Position numbers and translations under genes: made by a program. 64,000 bases of DNA from an uncultured Pseudomonadota bacterium (GTDB lineage: Bacteria; Pseudomonadota; Alphaproteobacteria; RF32; CAG-239), in assembly GCA_949295935.1 (NCBI GenBank), contig CASFMW010000002.1, forward strand, positions 290-64,289. The letters are read 5' to 3'. Below, one piece after another: positions 41,873 through 52,759 of this stretch; positions within the stretch are counted from its first letter, which is position 1, and every line of letters starts with the position of its first letter. The notes under the pieces were generated by a model. It was not told the origin of the DNA. It worked only from the letters and a program-made list of their open reading frames with translations, and did no database searches.

Positions 41873-44137
41873 CTACAGTCTTGCACCAAAGTTCAAGCGG
41901 AAAATTTCTGTTTCATCATAGCTCTTCTTAACAACCGGAATAGCAAAGTCAATATCGATATTACCCATCGGAGACTGCCAGGTCAAACCGACACCGGTAG
42001 CCACACGCGGTGAAGAAGAATAGTAAACATCTTCGGTATTAATACCGTCCGGCTTACCGATCATACCGACATCAACAAAGGTACGGCCACGAATTCCGAG
42101 CTCATCCAATCCCATCGGGAACGAAAGCTCGGTTCCGCCATAGAACATCCAGTTTCCGCCCAAAGCATCATCTGTCTTCTTATCTCTTGCGCCAACGCCA
42201 CCATATTCAAAACCACGCATATTATAGCCACCCAAGAAATAACGATTCATCAAACGAACATCTTTTCCGTTATAACCGGTAATATAACCACCGTTAGCAA
42301 AGAACTTTAAGGTGTAATAATCGGCAAAAGTATAATACTTATAAGCCTTAGCATCAAATCTCAAGAATTTTTCGTCACCACCGGCGCCGGCAATATCATT
42401 ACCGAATGACAGATAATAACCTTCTTTTGGATTAATTGCGCTATCACGTTTATCATAAACCGTGGTCTGACCAAAGATAGAACCGGTATATTCACCTTCT
42501 TCGTCTTTAATGTATTGAGAAGCATCAGAGTCAACATTGCTGATTTTATCCTGACGCAAAGTATAGCGAACATACTGAGACAAATCATCGGTATAATTCC
42601 ATCCCAGACGCAAACGACCACCGGTTGATTCGGTATCATAAGAACCTTCATCTTGATAATCTTCTTCCGTACGGAACAAATCAATACCGGCACTTAAAGG
42701 ACGTCCCATAAAATAAGGCTCGGTAAAGCTGAGATTATAATCCTGAGCACGTTGAGAAACACCAAGATCAAGAGCAAGTTGCTGTCCCTTACCCAAGAAG
42801 TTATTTTCAGTAATACCGGTTCTGATTAACGCACCATTAACGGTAGAATAACCAACACCGACATTAAAATATCCGGTAGATTTTTCTTCAACATTAACAT
42901 CAACATCAGCGCTATTGCCGTTTGCCTTTGGCACAGTCTTAATATCAACTTTGCTGAAATAATCCAGATTTTCAACATTACGACGAGAAGCTCTGATTTT
43001 AGCCGCATTAAAGGCATCACCTTCGGCAATGCGGAACTCACGACGAATAACCTCGTCTTCGGTACGTGTATTTCCGGTAATATTAATACGGTCAACAAAC
43101 ACACGCTCGCCTTCTTTTACTCTGAAGGTCAGATTAACTTTTGACTGAGCCGCATCACGAGAAAGCTCCGGCACCACATCAACAAAAGCAAAACCATGCT
43201 TACCAAGCGCATCCGTAATAGCATAAACGGATTTTTCAACCTTGTCGGCATTATACCAATCGCCCTGCTCAAGCAAAACCTCTTCTTGCAAATAAGAGCC
43301 ATCAACATCTCTCAGCTCAGAAACAACGGCAATATCTCCGATTTCATAGCGAGGACCTTCATCAACAACATAAGTCAAAACAAAAGACTTTTTATCCGGA
43401 CTAAGTTCTGCGATAGCTGATACAACACGAAAATCAGCATAACCGTTTTTCAAATAAAAACGACGCAACAACTCTTTGTCATAGTTCACACGATCGGCAT
43501 CATAATTTTCCGAACTTGAAAAAATGCGATACCAACGGCTTTCTTTACTCATAATCTCGCTCTGGAGTTCACTTCCGGTATAATGGGTGTTGCCGATAAA
43601 ATTAACTTTATCAATAGTGGCCAAAGGACCTTCATCAATTTCATAAACAAGGTCAACACTGTTGTTTTCGCGCTTAATAATCTTCGGCTCAACCACAACG
43701 GCATAACGCCCCGTGCGTTTATAAACTTCAAGAATACGTTGAACATCATCTTGGGCCTTGGCTTTGCTGAAAGTAGAGCGTGGAGCCAACTGAACCTCAG
43801 AAGCCAACATATCGCTGTCCACATTATCATTGCCGTCAAAATAGCGTTCGTTGATAATCGGACTTTCAACCACAGAGATAACCAACTCGCCGCTTGGTGT
43901 AACATTAAAAGCCACATCATCAAACAAACCGGTAGCATAAAGCTGTTTCAAAGAATCGTTAAGTTTTTCTTCTGAAACACTTTGCCCCGACTGAATGTTC
44001 AAATAAGACATCACCGTTTCGTTCTCAACGCGATCAAGCCCCGAAACAGAAATATCCCGAACATAAACATCAGCTGCCGCAACTTGCGATGCCAACAGCA
44101 AACTGAACAATGAAGCCCCTAAATATAATTTTTTCAT
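41873..44137 (-). CDS. bamA: Outer membrane protein assembly factor BamA
   Basis: 754 aa. A signal peptide, five POTRA-like repeats ('I..I.v.G...v....v'), and a C-terminal beta-barrel ending '...FRLNFGARL'. Confidence 0.95.
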   Translation of the reverse strand: MKKLYLGASLFSLLLASQVAAADVYVRDISVSGLDRVENETVMSYLNIQSGQSVSEEKLNDSLKQLYATGLFDDVAFNVTPSGELVISVVESPIINERYFDGNDNVDSDMLASEVQLAPRSTFSKAKAQDDVQRILEVYKRTGRYAVVVEPKIIKRENNSVDLVYEIDEGPLATIDKVNFIGNTHYTGSELQSEIMSKESRWYRIFSSSENYDADRVNYDKELLRRFYLKNGYADFRVVSAIAELSPDKKSFVLTYVVDEGPRYEIGDIAVVSELRDVDGSYLQEEVLLEQGDWYNADKVEKSVYAITDALGKHGFAFVDVVPELSRDAAQSKVNLTFRVKEGERVFVDRINITGNTRTEDEVIRREFRIAEGDAFNAAKIRASRRNVENLDYFSKVDIKTVPKANGNSADVDVNVEEKSTGYFNVGVGYSTVNGALIRTGITENNFLGKGQQLALDLGVSQRAQDYNLSFTEPYFMGRPLSAGIDLFRTEEDYQDEGSYDTESTGGRLRLGWNYTDDLSQYVRYTLRQDKISNVDSDASQYIKDEEGEYTGSIFGQTTVYDKRDSAINPKEGYYLSFGNDIAGAGGDEKFLRFDAKAYKYYTFADYYTLKFFANGGYITGYNGKDVRLMNRYFLGGYNMRGFEYGGVGARDKKTDDALGGNWMFYGGTELSFPMGLDELGIRGRTFVDVGMIGKPDGINTEDVYYSSSPRVATGVGLTWQSPMGNIDIDFAIPVVKKSYDETEIFRLNFGARL

Positions 44138-44172
44138 ATTTCAGTATCCTTTTAATTCAAAATTACACCACA

Positions 44173-45306
44173 TTAAGCGAACCAACGATTAATAAGTCTG
44201 GCAACATCATTCCATGTTGCATAAATCATCAATGCCATAATCAAAACAAAGCCTGAGCGAAACAGTGCTTCTTTAAAAGACGGACTGAGTTCTCTTCTAG
44301 TTACCATTTCTAAAAAGCAGATAACAATATGTCCACCATCCAACAACGGAATTGGAAACAGGTTAATAAGCCCAAGATTAATAGAAAGCAAAGCCATAAA
44401 GACCACAAAGTCGATCCACCCGCTCTGCTTAGAAATATCACCGGACAACTCAGCAATACGAATAATACCGCCCACATCTTCACCGCCGCGTTTTCCGGTC
44501 AACATCTGACCAACGCCGCGAAGTGTCGCAACCGTAATATCCCAAGTTTCAACCGAAGCATCACGAACAGCCTCCGCCAAAGACAACGGCTCTTGGTCAA
44601 GTTCAACCACATTAACCGACTTAATCCCCAGCATCGGACGCACATTTTCAGAATTTTCACCTTCTGAAGCATCAATTTTTTCCAAAACAAAGTTCAGTGT
44701 TTTAACCGCATCACCGCGTTGAACCACAACCTCAACTTTACCATCAACAGCCAAATCAACTTCATAGCGAATGTCATTAAAGTCATTTATCTTTTTGCCA
44801 TTAATCTCAAGAATTCTATCATCTTTAAGAATACCGGCTTTTTCTGCTGCACCACCTGAAATAACTTCACCGACAACCGGCGGAAACGTCATTTTGCCAA
44901 AGCTCCAAAAGATAGCGGCAAAAACCAAAATAGCAAACAAATAGTTAGCAGCCGGACCTGCCAGCGCAATCAAAATTCGACGAGACGGCGGCATAAGCTG
45001 AAAAACATGCTTTTTCTCTTCGTCAGATAAACTGTTCAGCTTTTCCGATTCGGAAACAGAAGAAGCATCTTCATCCCCAAAAAACTTGCAATATCCGCCC
45101 AAAGGAACAGCACAAACTTTCCATCTTGTTCCCTTCTTATCATTACGCCCCCACAACTCTTTACCAAAACCAAGGGAAAACTCATCAACCTTCACACCCA
45201 AGGCTCTTGCCACAAGAAAATGCCCAAGCTCATGAACAAAAACAAGCACACCGAGCAGAACAACAAACGGAACAATATAGTAAAGAATATTGCTGATAAT
45301 TTCCAT
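44173..45306 (-). CDS. rseP: RIP zinc metalloprotease RseP (M50 with PDZ)
   Basis: 377 aa. 'VFVHELGHFLVAR' (HExxH), a PDZ region 'GGAAEKAGILKDDRILEINGKKI', and 'NLFPIPLLDGGH'. Confidence 0.92.
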   Translation of the reverse strand: MEIISNILYYIVPFVVLLGVLVFVHELGHFLVARALGVKVDEFSLGFGKELWGRNDKKGTRWKVCAVPLGGYCKFFGDEDASSVSESEKLNSLSDEEKKHVFQLMPPSRRILIALAGPAANYLFAILVFAAIFWSFGKMTFPPVVGEVISGGAAEKAGILKDDRILEINGKKINDFNDIRYEVDLAVDGKVEVVVQRGDAVKTLNFVLEKIDASEGENSENVRPMLGIKSVNVVELDQEPLSLAEAVRDASVETWDITVATLRGVGQMLTGKRGGEDVGGIIRIAELSGDISKQSGWIDFVVFMALLSINLGLINLFPIPLLDGGHIVICFLEMVTRRELSPSFKEALFRSGFVLIMALMIYATWNDVARLINRWFA

Positions 45307-45313
45307 AACCTAA

Positions 45314-46108
45314 CTATCCTACCATAACAAAGAATACAACAAAACCGATAATAGCAAAAGGAGCAGCAAAAATAAGCCCATCAACACGATCAAAAATCCC
45401 ACCATGTCCGGGGATTAAATTGCTAGAATCTTTCAAATTCAGGTGACGCTTAATTTTTGATTCAATTAAATCACCACATTGAGCAATAACAGCCAACAAA
45501 CCTGCAAATGCAGCAAAGTAAGGAGCAAAATTAATTCCTAATGCCACAAAATAAACATAAGAAACAATTGCAGACACACATACACCGCCAATTAAACCGG
45601 ACCAAGTCTTGTTCGGACTGATTGAAGGCGCAAGCTTTGGCCCTTTAACAGTTGTACCCACAATGAAGGCACCGACATCAACGCCCCAAACAATAAGCAC
45701 AAACCAAATAAGCAACAAACTGTTTGTTAAAGCATAAAACCAAACCAAAGAACCGATACCCAAGGAAATATAGGGAACCCCCAAAACCAATAAAGCTCGA
45801 TGCTCTTCACCTTTTGATTTAATTGCAACAATAACTGTCGCAATTGCCATGACAGCCAAAGTCAAGAAAATAAACTCAGCCGGCATCATACAAATCACAA
45901 CCACAGAAGATGTATAAGCTGCGGCATACAAAGCATTTTTCTTATTTGGCACCATTGTAGCCCATTCCCAAGAAAGAAGCGTTCCGCACAAAATAGCAAA
46001 CAGATTTACAAACGGAGCTCCAAGAAAAAGCAAAAACAGCGTCACTGGCGCCAATATAACCGAAGAAACGGCACGTTTAATCAAAGAGCTTTTTTTAGAC
46101 TTTTCCAT
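45314..46108 (-). CDS. cdsA: Phosphatidate cytidylyltransferase
   Basis: Polytopic, with the CTP-transferase signature 'SKIKRHLNLKDSSNLIPGHGGIFDRVDGLIF'. The ORF is open to 46129. The Met at 46108 is preferred and overlaps uppS by 14 nt. Confidence 0.88.
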   Translation of the reverse strand: MEKSKKSSLIKRAVSSVILAPVTLFLLFLGAPFVNLFAILCGTLLSWEWATMVPNKKNALYAAAYTSSVVVICMMPAEFIFLTLAVMAIATVIVAIKSKGEEHRALLVLGVPYISLGIGSLVWFYALTNSLLLIWFVLIVWGVDVGAFIVGTTVKGPKLAPSISPNKTWSGLIGGVCVSAIVSYVYFVALGINFAPYFAAFAGLLAVIAQCGDLIESKIKRHLNLKDSSNLIPGHGGIFDRVDGLIFAAPFAIIGFVVFFVMVG

Positions 46109-46805
46109 ATCTTCTCTCCCGAGAACCAAAATTCTCTATAATTTCATCAAGTTCTTGCGCAGTAAAATCAGGCCATAAAGTCGAGCTGAAAAACAATTCG
46201 GCATAAGCCACCTGCCACAACAAAAAATTACTGATTCGTTGCTCACCGCTGGTTCTGATGAGCAAATCCGGATCAGGCATATCTTGCGTATAGAGCATAT
46301 CAGAAAACAATTTAATATCAACATCACTTTCTGACATATCACCTTTTTTTACTAAAGCTGCAATTTTTTTAGCTGCATTAACTATTTCGTGACGTCCGCC
46401 ATAACTGATAGCCAAACACAAAACCATTCCGGTATTTTGCTCGGTATCATTCTCAAGCTTAGCAATCTGAGCCACAATATCCTTATCAAGCATATTTCGC
46501 TCACCGATAACACGAATTCGAATATTATTTTTTTGCAGCTCAGAAAAATCAGATTTCAAATACTGACGCAACAACCCCATAAGAGTATCAACTTCATCTT
46601 TAGGACGATTCCAATTTTCGGTCGAAAAAGCATAAAGCGTCAAAAACTTAATGCCGCGTTTATTCGCTTCCTGAGCAATCTCTTTAACAACTTCCGCACC
46701 TTTTTTATGTCCGGCAGCACGAGGAAGATTACGCTTCTGCGCCCAACGTCCATTACCGTCCATAATAATGGCAATATGTTCTAAACTATTTTTTTTCTCA
46801 GACAT
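46095..46805 (-). CDS. uppS: Di-trans,poly-cis-undecaprenyl-diphosphate synthase
   Basis: 236 aa. 'HIAIIMDGNGRWA', 'LTLYAFSTENWNRP' and 'LIRTSGEQRISNFLLWQVAYAELFF'. Confidence 0.95.
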   Translation of the reverse strand: MSEKKNSLEHIAIIMDGNGRWAQKRNLPRAAGHKKGAEVVKEIAQEANKRGIKFLTLYAFSTENWNRPKDEVDTLMGLLRQYLKSDFSELQKNNIRIRVIGERNMLDKDIVAQIAKLENDTEQNTGMVLCLAISYGGRHEIVNAAKKIAALVKKGDMSESDVDIKLFSDMLYTQDMPDPDLLIRTSGEQRISNFLLWQVAYAELFFSSTLWPDFTAQELDEIIENFGSRERRYGKV

Positions 46806-46886
46806 TAATCAATAATAAAAAATTTTTTTCAGGTTACAACAAAAGCGGCAAAGACCCAAAGGCCTACCGCCATCAATCCAAAAGAA

Positions 46887-47450
46887 CTACACTTGCAAAA
46901 TATCTTTTTCTTTCTGAGCCAAAAGCTCTTCAATTTTCTTAACGGCTTCATCCGTAAGCTTTTGGATTTCACCTTCATAACGCTTTTCATCATCTTCAGA
47001 AATAGCGTTATCTTTTTTAAGTTTTTTAATTTCATCAAGCGCTTCACGACGCAAATTACGAACAGCAACTTTGTTGTTTTCAGCATATTTACCAGCCACC
47101 TTTGTAAGCTCTTTACGACGCTCTTCACTAAGTGGCGGAATAGGAATACGAATAAGTTGTCCATCAGATGCCGGATTAAGCCCCAAGTCCGATTCCATAA
47201 TGGCTTTTTCCACAGCCTTAGCCAAACCTCTGTCCCAAACTGAAATTGATAAAGTTCTTGCATCGGGCACACTGATTGTACCAACCTGAGAAAGCGGCGT
47301 CATGCTGCCATAAGCTTCGACCATAATTCCATCTAACAGACTAACATGAGCCCTTCCGGCACGCAGCCCGCCAAAATCAGACTTCAAAGAGTCGATTGTT
47401 TTATCCATTTTTGCTTTTGTTTCAGACTTAATTTGATTAAAATCAGACAT
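46887..47450 (-). CDS. frr: Ribosome recycling factor
   Basis: 187 aa. 'LRAGRAHVSLLDGIMVEAYGS' and 'IRIPIPPLSEERRKELTKV' are canonical RRF. Confidence 0.95.
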   Translation of the reverse strand: MSDFNQIKSETKAKMDKTIDSLKSDFGGLRAGRAHVSLLDGIMVEAYGSMTPLSQVGTISVPDARTLSISVWDRGLAKAVEKAIMESDLGLNPASDGQLIRIPIPPLSEERRKELTKVAGKYAENNKVAVRNLRREALDEIKKLKKDNAISEDDEKRYEGEIQKLTDEAVKKIEELLAQKEKDILQV

Positions 47451-47544
47451 GAGGTTAACACCCTATAAAAAAGTTTACGTTGATTACAATAATATTTATT
47501 TTAGCGCCTTTGGCAAGAAGTTTTTAAACCACGCAGAAAAAAGC

Positions 47545-48255
47545 CTATTTAATGATTGTAAAATTACCCTTTCCCGCCAACACTTTTTGCAAAGCATTTT
47601 TTTCATGCTGAGAAAACACGATGATTGGGAGTTTATTTTCACGAGCCATGGCAATAGCGGTCAAATCCATCACGCCGAGACGCTTTTCAATAACCTCATT
47701 ATAAGAGATTTCATCAAACTTTTTAGCTTTTGGATTTTTCAACGGATCGGAATCATACACCCCGTCAACCTGCGTTGATTTAAGCAATGCATCACAGTCC
47801 ATCTCCGAAGCTCTGAGCACAGCGCCGGTATCTGTCGTAAAAAACGGATTACCTGTACCACCGGCAAAAATCACGATTCGCTTTTTCTCCAGATGACGCT
47901 TTGCGCGGCGATAACGATAGCTTTCGCACACTTGCGGAATTTCCAACCCCGAAAGCACTCTGACATCAAGCCCCATATCTTCCATAACATTTTGCAAATA
48001 AACAGCATTCATAACCGTTGCCATCATGCCGATATAATCGCCGACCGTGCGCTTTATTCCCTTAGAAGCCTCTTTCACGCCGCGAAAGATATTTCCGCCG
48101 CCAACCACAATACAAACCTCAACACCGGCCTCATAAACTTCTTTAATCTGCGCCGCCACTTTTTTAACCGCATCTACCGAAATTCCATAGGCGCCATCAC
48201 CCATAAGCCCTTCGCCGGAAACCTTAATCAACACGCGTTTATAAATTGATTTCAT
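47545..48255 (-). CDS. pyrH: UMP kinase
   Basis: The 368-aa ORF is over-extended. The conserved protein starts at the Met at 48255 ('[19 protein letters not shown]...[10 protein letters not shown]...[14 protein letters not shown]'), giving 236 aa. Confidence 0.95.
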   Translation of the reverse strand: MKSIYKRVLIKVSGEGLMGDGAYGISVDAVKKVAAQIKEVYEAGVEVCIVVGGGNIFRGVKEASKGIKRTVGDYIGMMATVMNAVYLQNVMEDMGLDVRVLSGLEIPQVCESYRYRRAKRHLEKKRIVIFAGGTGNPFFTTDTGAVLRASEMDCDALLKSTQVDGVYDSDPLKNPKAKKFDEISYNEVIEKRLGVMDLTAIAMARENKLPIIVFSQHEKNALQKVLAGKGNFTIIK

Positions 48256-48424
48256 GAACCTTCTCCTTGCATTCTGCCCCAAAACTTTTGCTAATAATAA
48301 AATAAAATTTTCTAAAGTCAAAATCATTATCGGCACCATACACAAACCCGCAAAGAGATTCTTGCAAAAGAAAATAAATTGTGCAATAACAAACAAAAGT
48401 TTAATTATCTTCAAGGAAAATATC

Positions 48425-49069
48425 ATGAGCATATCAGTTATATTCGGTTTATCGGCACTCGGCGGATATTTATTGGGTTCGATTCCGTTCGGACTGGTTT
48501 TAACCAAAATGTGCGGTCTTGACGACATCCGCAAAATCGGCTCCGGCAACATCGGTGCCACCAATGTTCTGCGCACTGGCCGCAAAGACCTTGCCCTGTT
48601 AACCGTATTGCTTGATGCCTTCAAAGCCGGTATTGCCGCTTGGATTGCCACAACCTTTGCGCCGGATTCTTTTTACAGCTTTTTCGGTTACATCACCACA
48701 ACCAATATCGTAGCCGGATTAATCGCCGGTATCTGCGGTTTTCTCGGACACAACTTCCCGATTTGGCTAAAGTTCAAAGGTGGCAAAGGCGTCTCTTCTG
48801 CTTTTGGTTTTATCTTGTTCACTTATTGGCCTTTGGCTTTAGTTGCACTTGGCGTTTGGTTGATTGTTGCCTTCACCAGTCGCTACTCATCTTTATCAGC
48901 CTTAACCGCTTGCGCCTGCGTTCCGTTTTTTTCTTTCTTTATGACCGATCCGGTACATACCGGCTTTTACACCATTATGGCACTGATAATCATTCTCAGA
49001 CATCACGCAAATATCTATCGCCTCCTGCATGGTGAAGAAAGCAAAATTTCATTTAAGAAAAAAGCCTAA
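48425..49069 (+). CDS. plsY: Glycerol-3-phosphate acyltransferase PlsY
   Basis: The conserved protein starts at the Met at 48425 ('[14 protein letters not shown]...[14 protein letters not shown]...[16 protein letters not shown]'), giving 214 aa. The upstream part of the 271-aa ORF is non-homologous. Confidence 0.92.
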   Translation: MSISVIFGLSALGGYLLGSIPFGLVLTKMCGLDDIRKIGSGNIGATNVLRTGRKDLALLTVLLDAFKAGIAAWIATTFAPDSFYSFFGYITTTNIVAGLIAGICGFLGHNFPIWLKFKGGKGVSSAFGFILFTYWPLALVALGVWLIVAFTSRYSSLSALTACACVPFFSFFMTDPVHTGFYTIMALIIILRHHANIYRLLHGEESKISFKKKA

Positions 49070-50184
49070 TGATTACGGATAAGGAACGCATCGCCCAACT
49101 TCGCTTAATCAACACCGAAAACATCGGTGCAGTAACTTATCACAAATTAATAAAGCATTTCGGCAGCGCGGAAAAAGCCCTTGAAAACCTTCCTCCGCGC
49201 TTTACCCCTTTTGCCAAAGACAAAGCCGAAGCCGAGATTAAAAAAGCGCATAAAATCGGCGGCCACCTCATCAGCTATGACGATGAAACCTATCCCCAAA
49301 TGCTGAAACACATTGCCGACGCCCCACCGATTATTTATGCCTTGGGCAATATTGAGCTGCTTAATCACACACCTTCCATAGCAATAGTCGGCTCCAGAAA
49401 CGCAACCGTAAACGGCCGCAAAATGGCCTCCAGAATTGCCTATGAGCTAACCGAAGAAAATGTCATCGTTGTTTCAGGCATGGCGCGAGGTATCGATTCG
49501 TCTGCCCACAAAGGCGCATTATATGCCAAAGGCCAGCAAGGAGCGACCATCGCGGTTTTAGGCACCGGCGTTGATATTGTTTATCCTGAAGAAAATTCAG
49601 ACCTTTACCAACAAATCATCAAACAAGGGTTGATTATTTCCGAATTTCCGCTGGGAACCTCCCCTCAAGCCCCAAACTTTCCGCGCCGCAACCGCATTGT
49701 CGCCGGCATAAGCTCGGGCACTTTAGTGGTTGAAGCAAACTTGCAGTCAGGATCACTGATTACCGCTCGCTTAGCCTTAGAACAAAATCGCGATGTTTTT
49801 GCCGTCCCAGGGTCTCCGCTGGAATCTCGCTCAAGCGGCACTAATAAACTGATTAAAGAAGGCGCAATTTTGGTTGACAGTGCCGAAGATATCTTGCCTC
49901 ACTTATCCAAACCCCTTCGCCCTCTGCCGCAAAAACAAACACCCCCGGAACAAGAATTATTTGATAATCTCCTTGACAAAGACAAAAATAATGTCGATAT
50001 TCCTCAAGAGCAAGAAGACGAAAATCTTCTGGATTATCTGAGTCGAGATGGAACATATATAGATGACCTCCTCCGCCAAAGCGGCTTAGATTCGGGCACG
50101 CTATCGGCAAAATTGCTTGATTTAGAGCTTGAAGGTAAGATAGAGCGTCTTCCGGGCAACAAAGTAGCATTATTAAAGAAATAA
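49069..50184 (+). CDS. dprA: DNA-processing protein DprA (Smf)
   Basis: 371 aa. Rossmann-like core 'IAIVGSRNATVNGRKMA...VVSGMARGIDSSAHKGAL...GTGVDIVYPEEN...FPRRNRIVAG...VVEANLQSGSLITAR' and a C-terminal winged-helix region. Confidence 0.9.
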   Translation: MITDKERIAQLRLINTENIGAVTYHKLIKHFGSAEKALENLPPRFTPFAKDKAEAEIKKAHKIGGHLISYDDETYPQMLKHIADAPPIIYALGNIELLNHTPSIAIVGSRNATVNGRKMASRIAYELTEENVIVVSGMARGIDSSAHKGALYAKGQQGATIAVLGTGVDIVYPEENSDLYQQIIKQGLIISEFPLGTSPQAPNFPRRNRIVAGISSGTLVVEANLQSGSLITARLALEQNRDVFAVPGSPLESRSSGTNKLIKEGAILVDSAEDILPHLSKPLRPLPQKQTPPEQELFDNLLDKDKNNVDIPQEQEDENLLDYLSRDGTYIDDLLRQSGLDSGTLSAKLLDLELEGKIERLPGNKVALLKK

Positions 50185-50198
50185 GTGGAAAAAGAGCC

Positions 50199-52661
50199 AT
50201 GAAATTAGTTATCGTAGAGTCTCCTGCCAAAGCCAAAACCATTAACAAATACCTTGGTTCAGACTATAAGGTTCTGGCAAGCTTCGGCCATATCAGAGAT
50301 TTGCCGAGCAAAGACGGCTCGGTTGATCCGGATCATGACTTTGCCATGAAATGGGAACTAAGCCCCGGAGGAAAAAAGCGCCTTGCAGACATCATTAAAG
50401 CGGTAAAAGAATGTGACACGATTGTACTGGCATCAGACCCGGATAGAGAGGGAGAAGCAATCGCATGGCATATTTTAGAAGAACTGCACGCACATAAGGT
50501 TTTGAAAGATAAAAAAATAGAGCGCGTTGTCTTCCACGAAATCACCAAACATGCTGTCACTGACGCAATTAAAAACCCAAGAAGCATTGACGATAATTTA
50601 GTATCGGCTTACATGGCACGCCGCGCACTTGATTATCTGGTAGGATTTACCTTATCACCGGTTTTGTGGCGCAAGTTGCCAGGCTCAAAATCGGCCGGCC
50701 GCGTCCAGTCAGTTGCCTTGAGACTGATTTGCGACCGCGAAACTGAAATTGAAAAATTCAAACCCGAAGAATATTGGAGCATTGACGTTGATTTATTAAC
50801 CGCCAAACAAGCTCTGATAACTTCGCATTTAATTCAGCTTGATGGCAAAAAGCTCGAGAAATTTGACATTCCGAACAAAACCTCGGCCGAAGAAGCCAAG
50901 GCTAAGATTGAGGCACAAGAGTTCAGCGTTGCCTCGATTGAAAGAAAAAAGGCCAACCGCTATCCGGCACCGCCGTTCACCACCTCAACCCTTCAGCAAG
51001 AAGCCGCGCGCAAGCTCCGTTTCTCGGCCAAGAAGACCATGCAGATTGCCCAAAAGCTTTATGAAGCCGGTTTGATTACATATATGAGAACCGACGCAGT
51101 CAATCTGTCTGAAGAAGCGATTGCCGCCTGCCGTGAAGCGATTACCAAATACTTTGGCCCTGATTATCTTCCAAAACAAGCCAAAGAATATAAAACCAAG
51201 AGCAAAAACGCTCAAGAAGCTCACGAGGCGATTCGTCCGTCTGATGTCATGAATACGCCCAAAAAGATGGAAGGAAAACTTGACCCAGACGGCTACAAAC
51301 TTTATGAACTGATTTGGAAGCGTACGATCGCTTGCCAAATGAATCCGGCCATCTTGGATAAAGTCAGCATTGACTTTAATTCTGATGACAAACAAATTGT
51401 CTTAAGAGCCAGCGGACAAGTCATTGCCTTTGACGGATTCTTGCGTTTGTACCAAGAAAGCAAAGATGACGATAACGAAGATGAAGAAAACCGCATTTTG
51501 CCAAAGGTTGATGAAGGCGAACGCATGACCAAAGGCGAAATTCGCACCGACCAACACTTCACCACCCCGCCACCGAGATTTACCGAAGCTAGTCTGGTTA
51601 AAAAGCTTGAAGAATTAGGCATCGGCCGTCCGTCAACTTATGCGACGATTATTTCGGTTCTGCAAGAGCGCAAATACGTCCGTGTTGAAAAATTGAGATT
51701 TATACCGGAAGACCGCGGCCGTATCGTGACCGTATTCTTAGAAAACTTCTTCCGCAAATATGTTGAATATGACTTCACCGCACAGCTGGAAGAATTTTTA
51801 GATGACATCTCCGCCGGTGAAATGGAATGGAAAAAGCTTTTGAACGGTTTCTGGGTCAAGTTCATCAAAAACATTGACGCAGTAAAACCATTACAAATCA
51901 CCGAGGTTATTGACCGCATTGATGAGGCATTGTCTCATCACCTGTTCCCGCCGCGAGAAGACGGCAGCGACCCACGCTCCTGCCCAATGTGCGGACAAGG
52001 CAAATTGAGCGTTAAGTTTGGTAAATTTGGCGCCTTTATCGGCTGCTCAAATTATCCGGAATGCAAATACACCAAACCTTTGACCGATGTCAAAGACGAG
52101 GAAGAAAAAGACACGCCGCGTCCAACCTCTGCCGAAGACAAAGAATTGGGCGAAATGAATGGCTTAAAGATATATCTTAAAAAAGGCCCTTACGGTTTTT
52201 ACGTCCAGTTAGGTGAAGACGCCACGGCCACAACCGAAAAACCCAAACGTGCGTCACTGCCTAAAAACATCACGGCAGAAGAAATCACCTTGGAACAAGC
52301 CCAAAGATTATTGAGCATGCCCTTTGATTTAGGCGAAGGAATAATCGTCAGCAGCGGCAAATTTGGCCCTTACATCAAACAGGGAAACAAATCAAAATCT
52401 CTAACCGGAACAGATACAATATTTAATATCACACTAGAACGTGCCAAAGAAATTTTATCCGGCGCAGTCGAGCGTCCGGCCGGCGTTGCCCTTGGCACTC
52501 ACCCAAAGTTAAAGGCTGAAATCACATTGAATAACGGCCGCTACGGCCCTTACCTCAAATGCGGCAAGAACAACTTTGCAATTCCGAAAGATATGCAGGG
52601 CAAACCCTTGAGCTTGGAAGACGCTCTCAAAATCATTGACGCCAAACAAGCTGCAAAATAA
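50199..52661 (+). CDS. topA: DNA topoisomerase I
   Basis: 820 aa. TOPRIM 'MKLVIVESPAKAKTINKYLG...ASDPDREGEAIAWH', active-site region 'ITYMRTD', and a C-terminal zinc ribbon 'CPMCGQGKL...CSNYPECKY'. Confidence 0.96.
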   Translation: MKLVIVESPAKAKTINKYLGSDYKVLASFGHIRDLPSKDGSVDPDHDFAMKWELSPGGKKRLADIIKAVKECDTIVLASDPDREGEAIAWHILEELHAHKVLKDKKIERVVFHEITKHAVTDAIKNPRSIDDNLVSAYMARRALDYLVGFTLSPVLWRKLPGSKSAGRVQSVALRLICDRETEIEKFKPEEYWSIDVDLLTAKQALITSHLIQLDGKKLEKFDIPNKTSAEEAKAKIEAQEFSVASIERKKANRYPAPPFTTSTLQQEAARKLRFSAKKTMQIAQKLYEAGLITYMRTDAVNLSEEAIAACREAITKYFGPDYLPKQAKEYKTKSKNAQEAHEAIRPSDVMNTPKKMEGKLDPDGYKLYELIWKRTIACQMNPAILDKVSIDFNSDDKQIVLRASGQVIAFDGFLRLYQESKDDDNEDEENRILPKVDEGERMTKGEIRTDQHFTTPPPRFTEASLVKKLEELGIGRPSTYATIISVLQERKYVRVEKLRFIPEDRGRIVTVFLENFFRKYVEYDFTAQLEEFLDDISAGEMEWKKLLNGFWVKFIKNIDAVKPLQITEVIDRIDEALSHHLFPPREDGSDPRSCPMCGQGKLSVKFGKFGAFIGCSNYPECKYTKPLTDVKDEEEKDTPRPTSAEDKELGEMNGLKIYLKKGPYGFYVQLGEDATATTEKPKRASLPKNITAEEITLEQAQRLLSMPFDLGEGIIVSSGKFGPYIKQGNKSKSLTGTDTIFNITLERAKEILSGAVERPAGVALGTHPKLKAEITLNNGRYGPYLKCGKNNFAIPKDMQGKPLSLEDALKIIDAKQAAK

Positions 52662-52680
52662 CCCATATTTTCAACAAAAC

Positions 52681-52714
52681 CCTTCTGCTTTTCCTTCTAG
52701 GAAAAGCAGAAAGG
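52681..52714 (+). terminator. Hairpin terminator downstream of topA
   Basis: ccttctgcttttcc (52681-52694) / ggaaaagcagaaagg (52700-52714). The stem is 14 bp with one bulge. Confidence 0.6.
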
Positions 52715-52759
52715 TTATCTCCTTGCAGAGCGATCCACTTTATAAATAAAGACCTACTC

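Noticed and set aside
47545-48651. 368-aa version of the pyrH ORF, and the 271-aa version of plsY starting at 48254
   Set aside because: The N-terminal extensions are non-homologous, overlap each other on opposite strands, and cover the divergent promoter region. The conserved proteins start at 48255 (pyrH) and 48425 (plsY).
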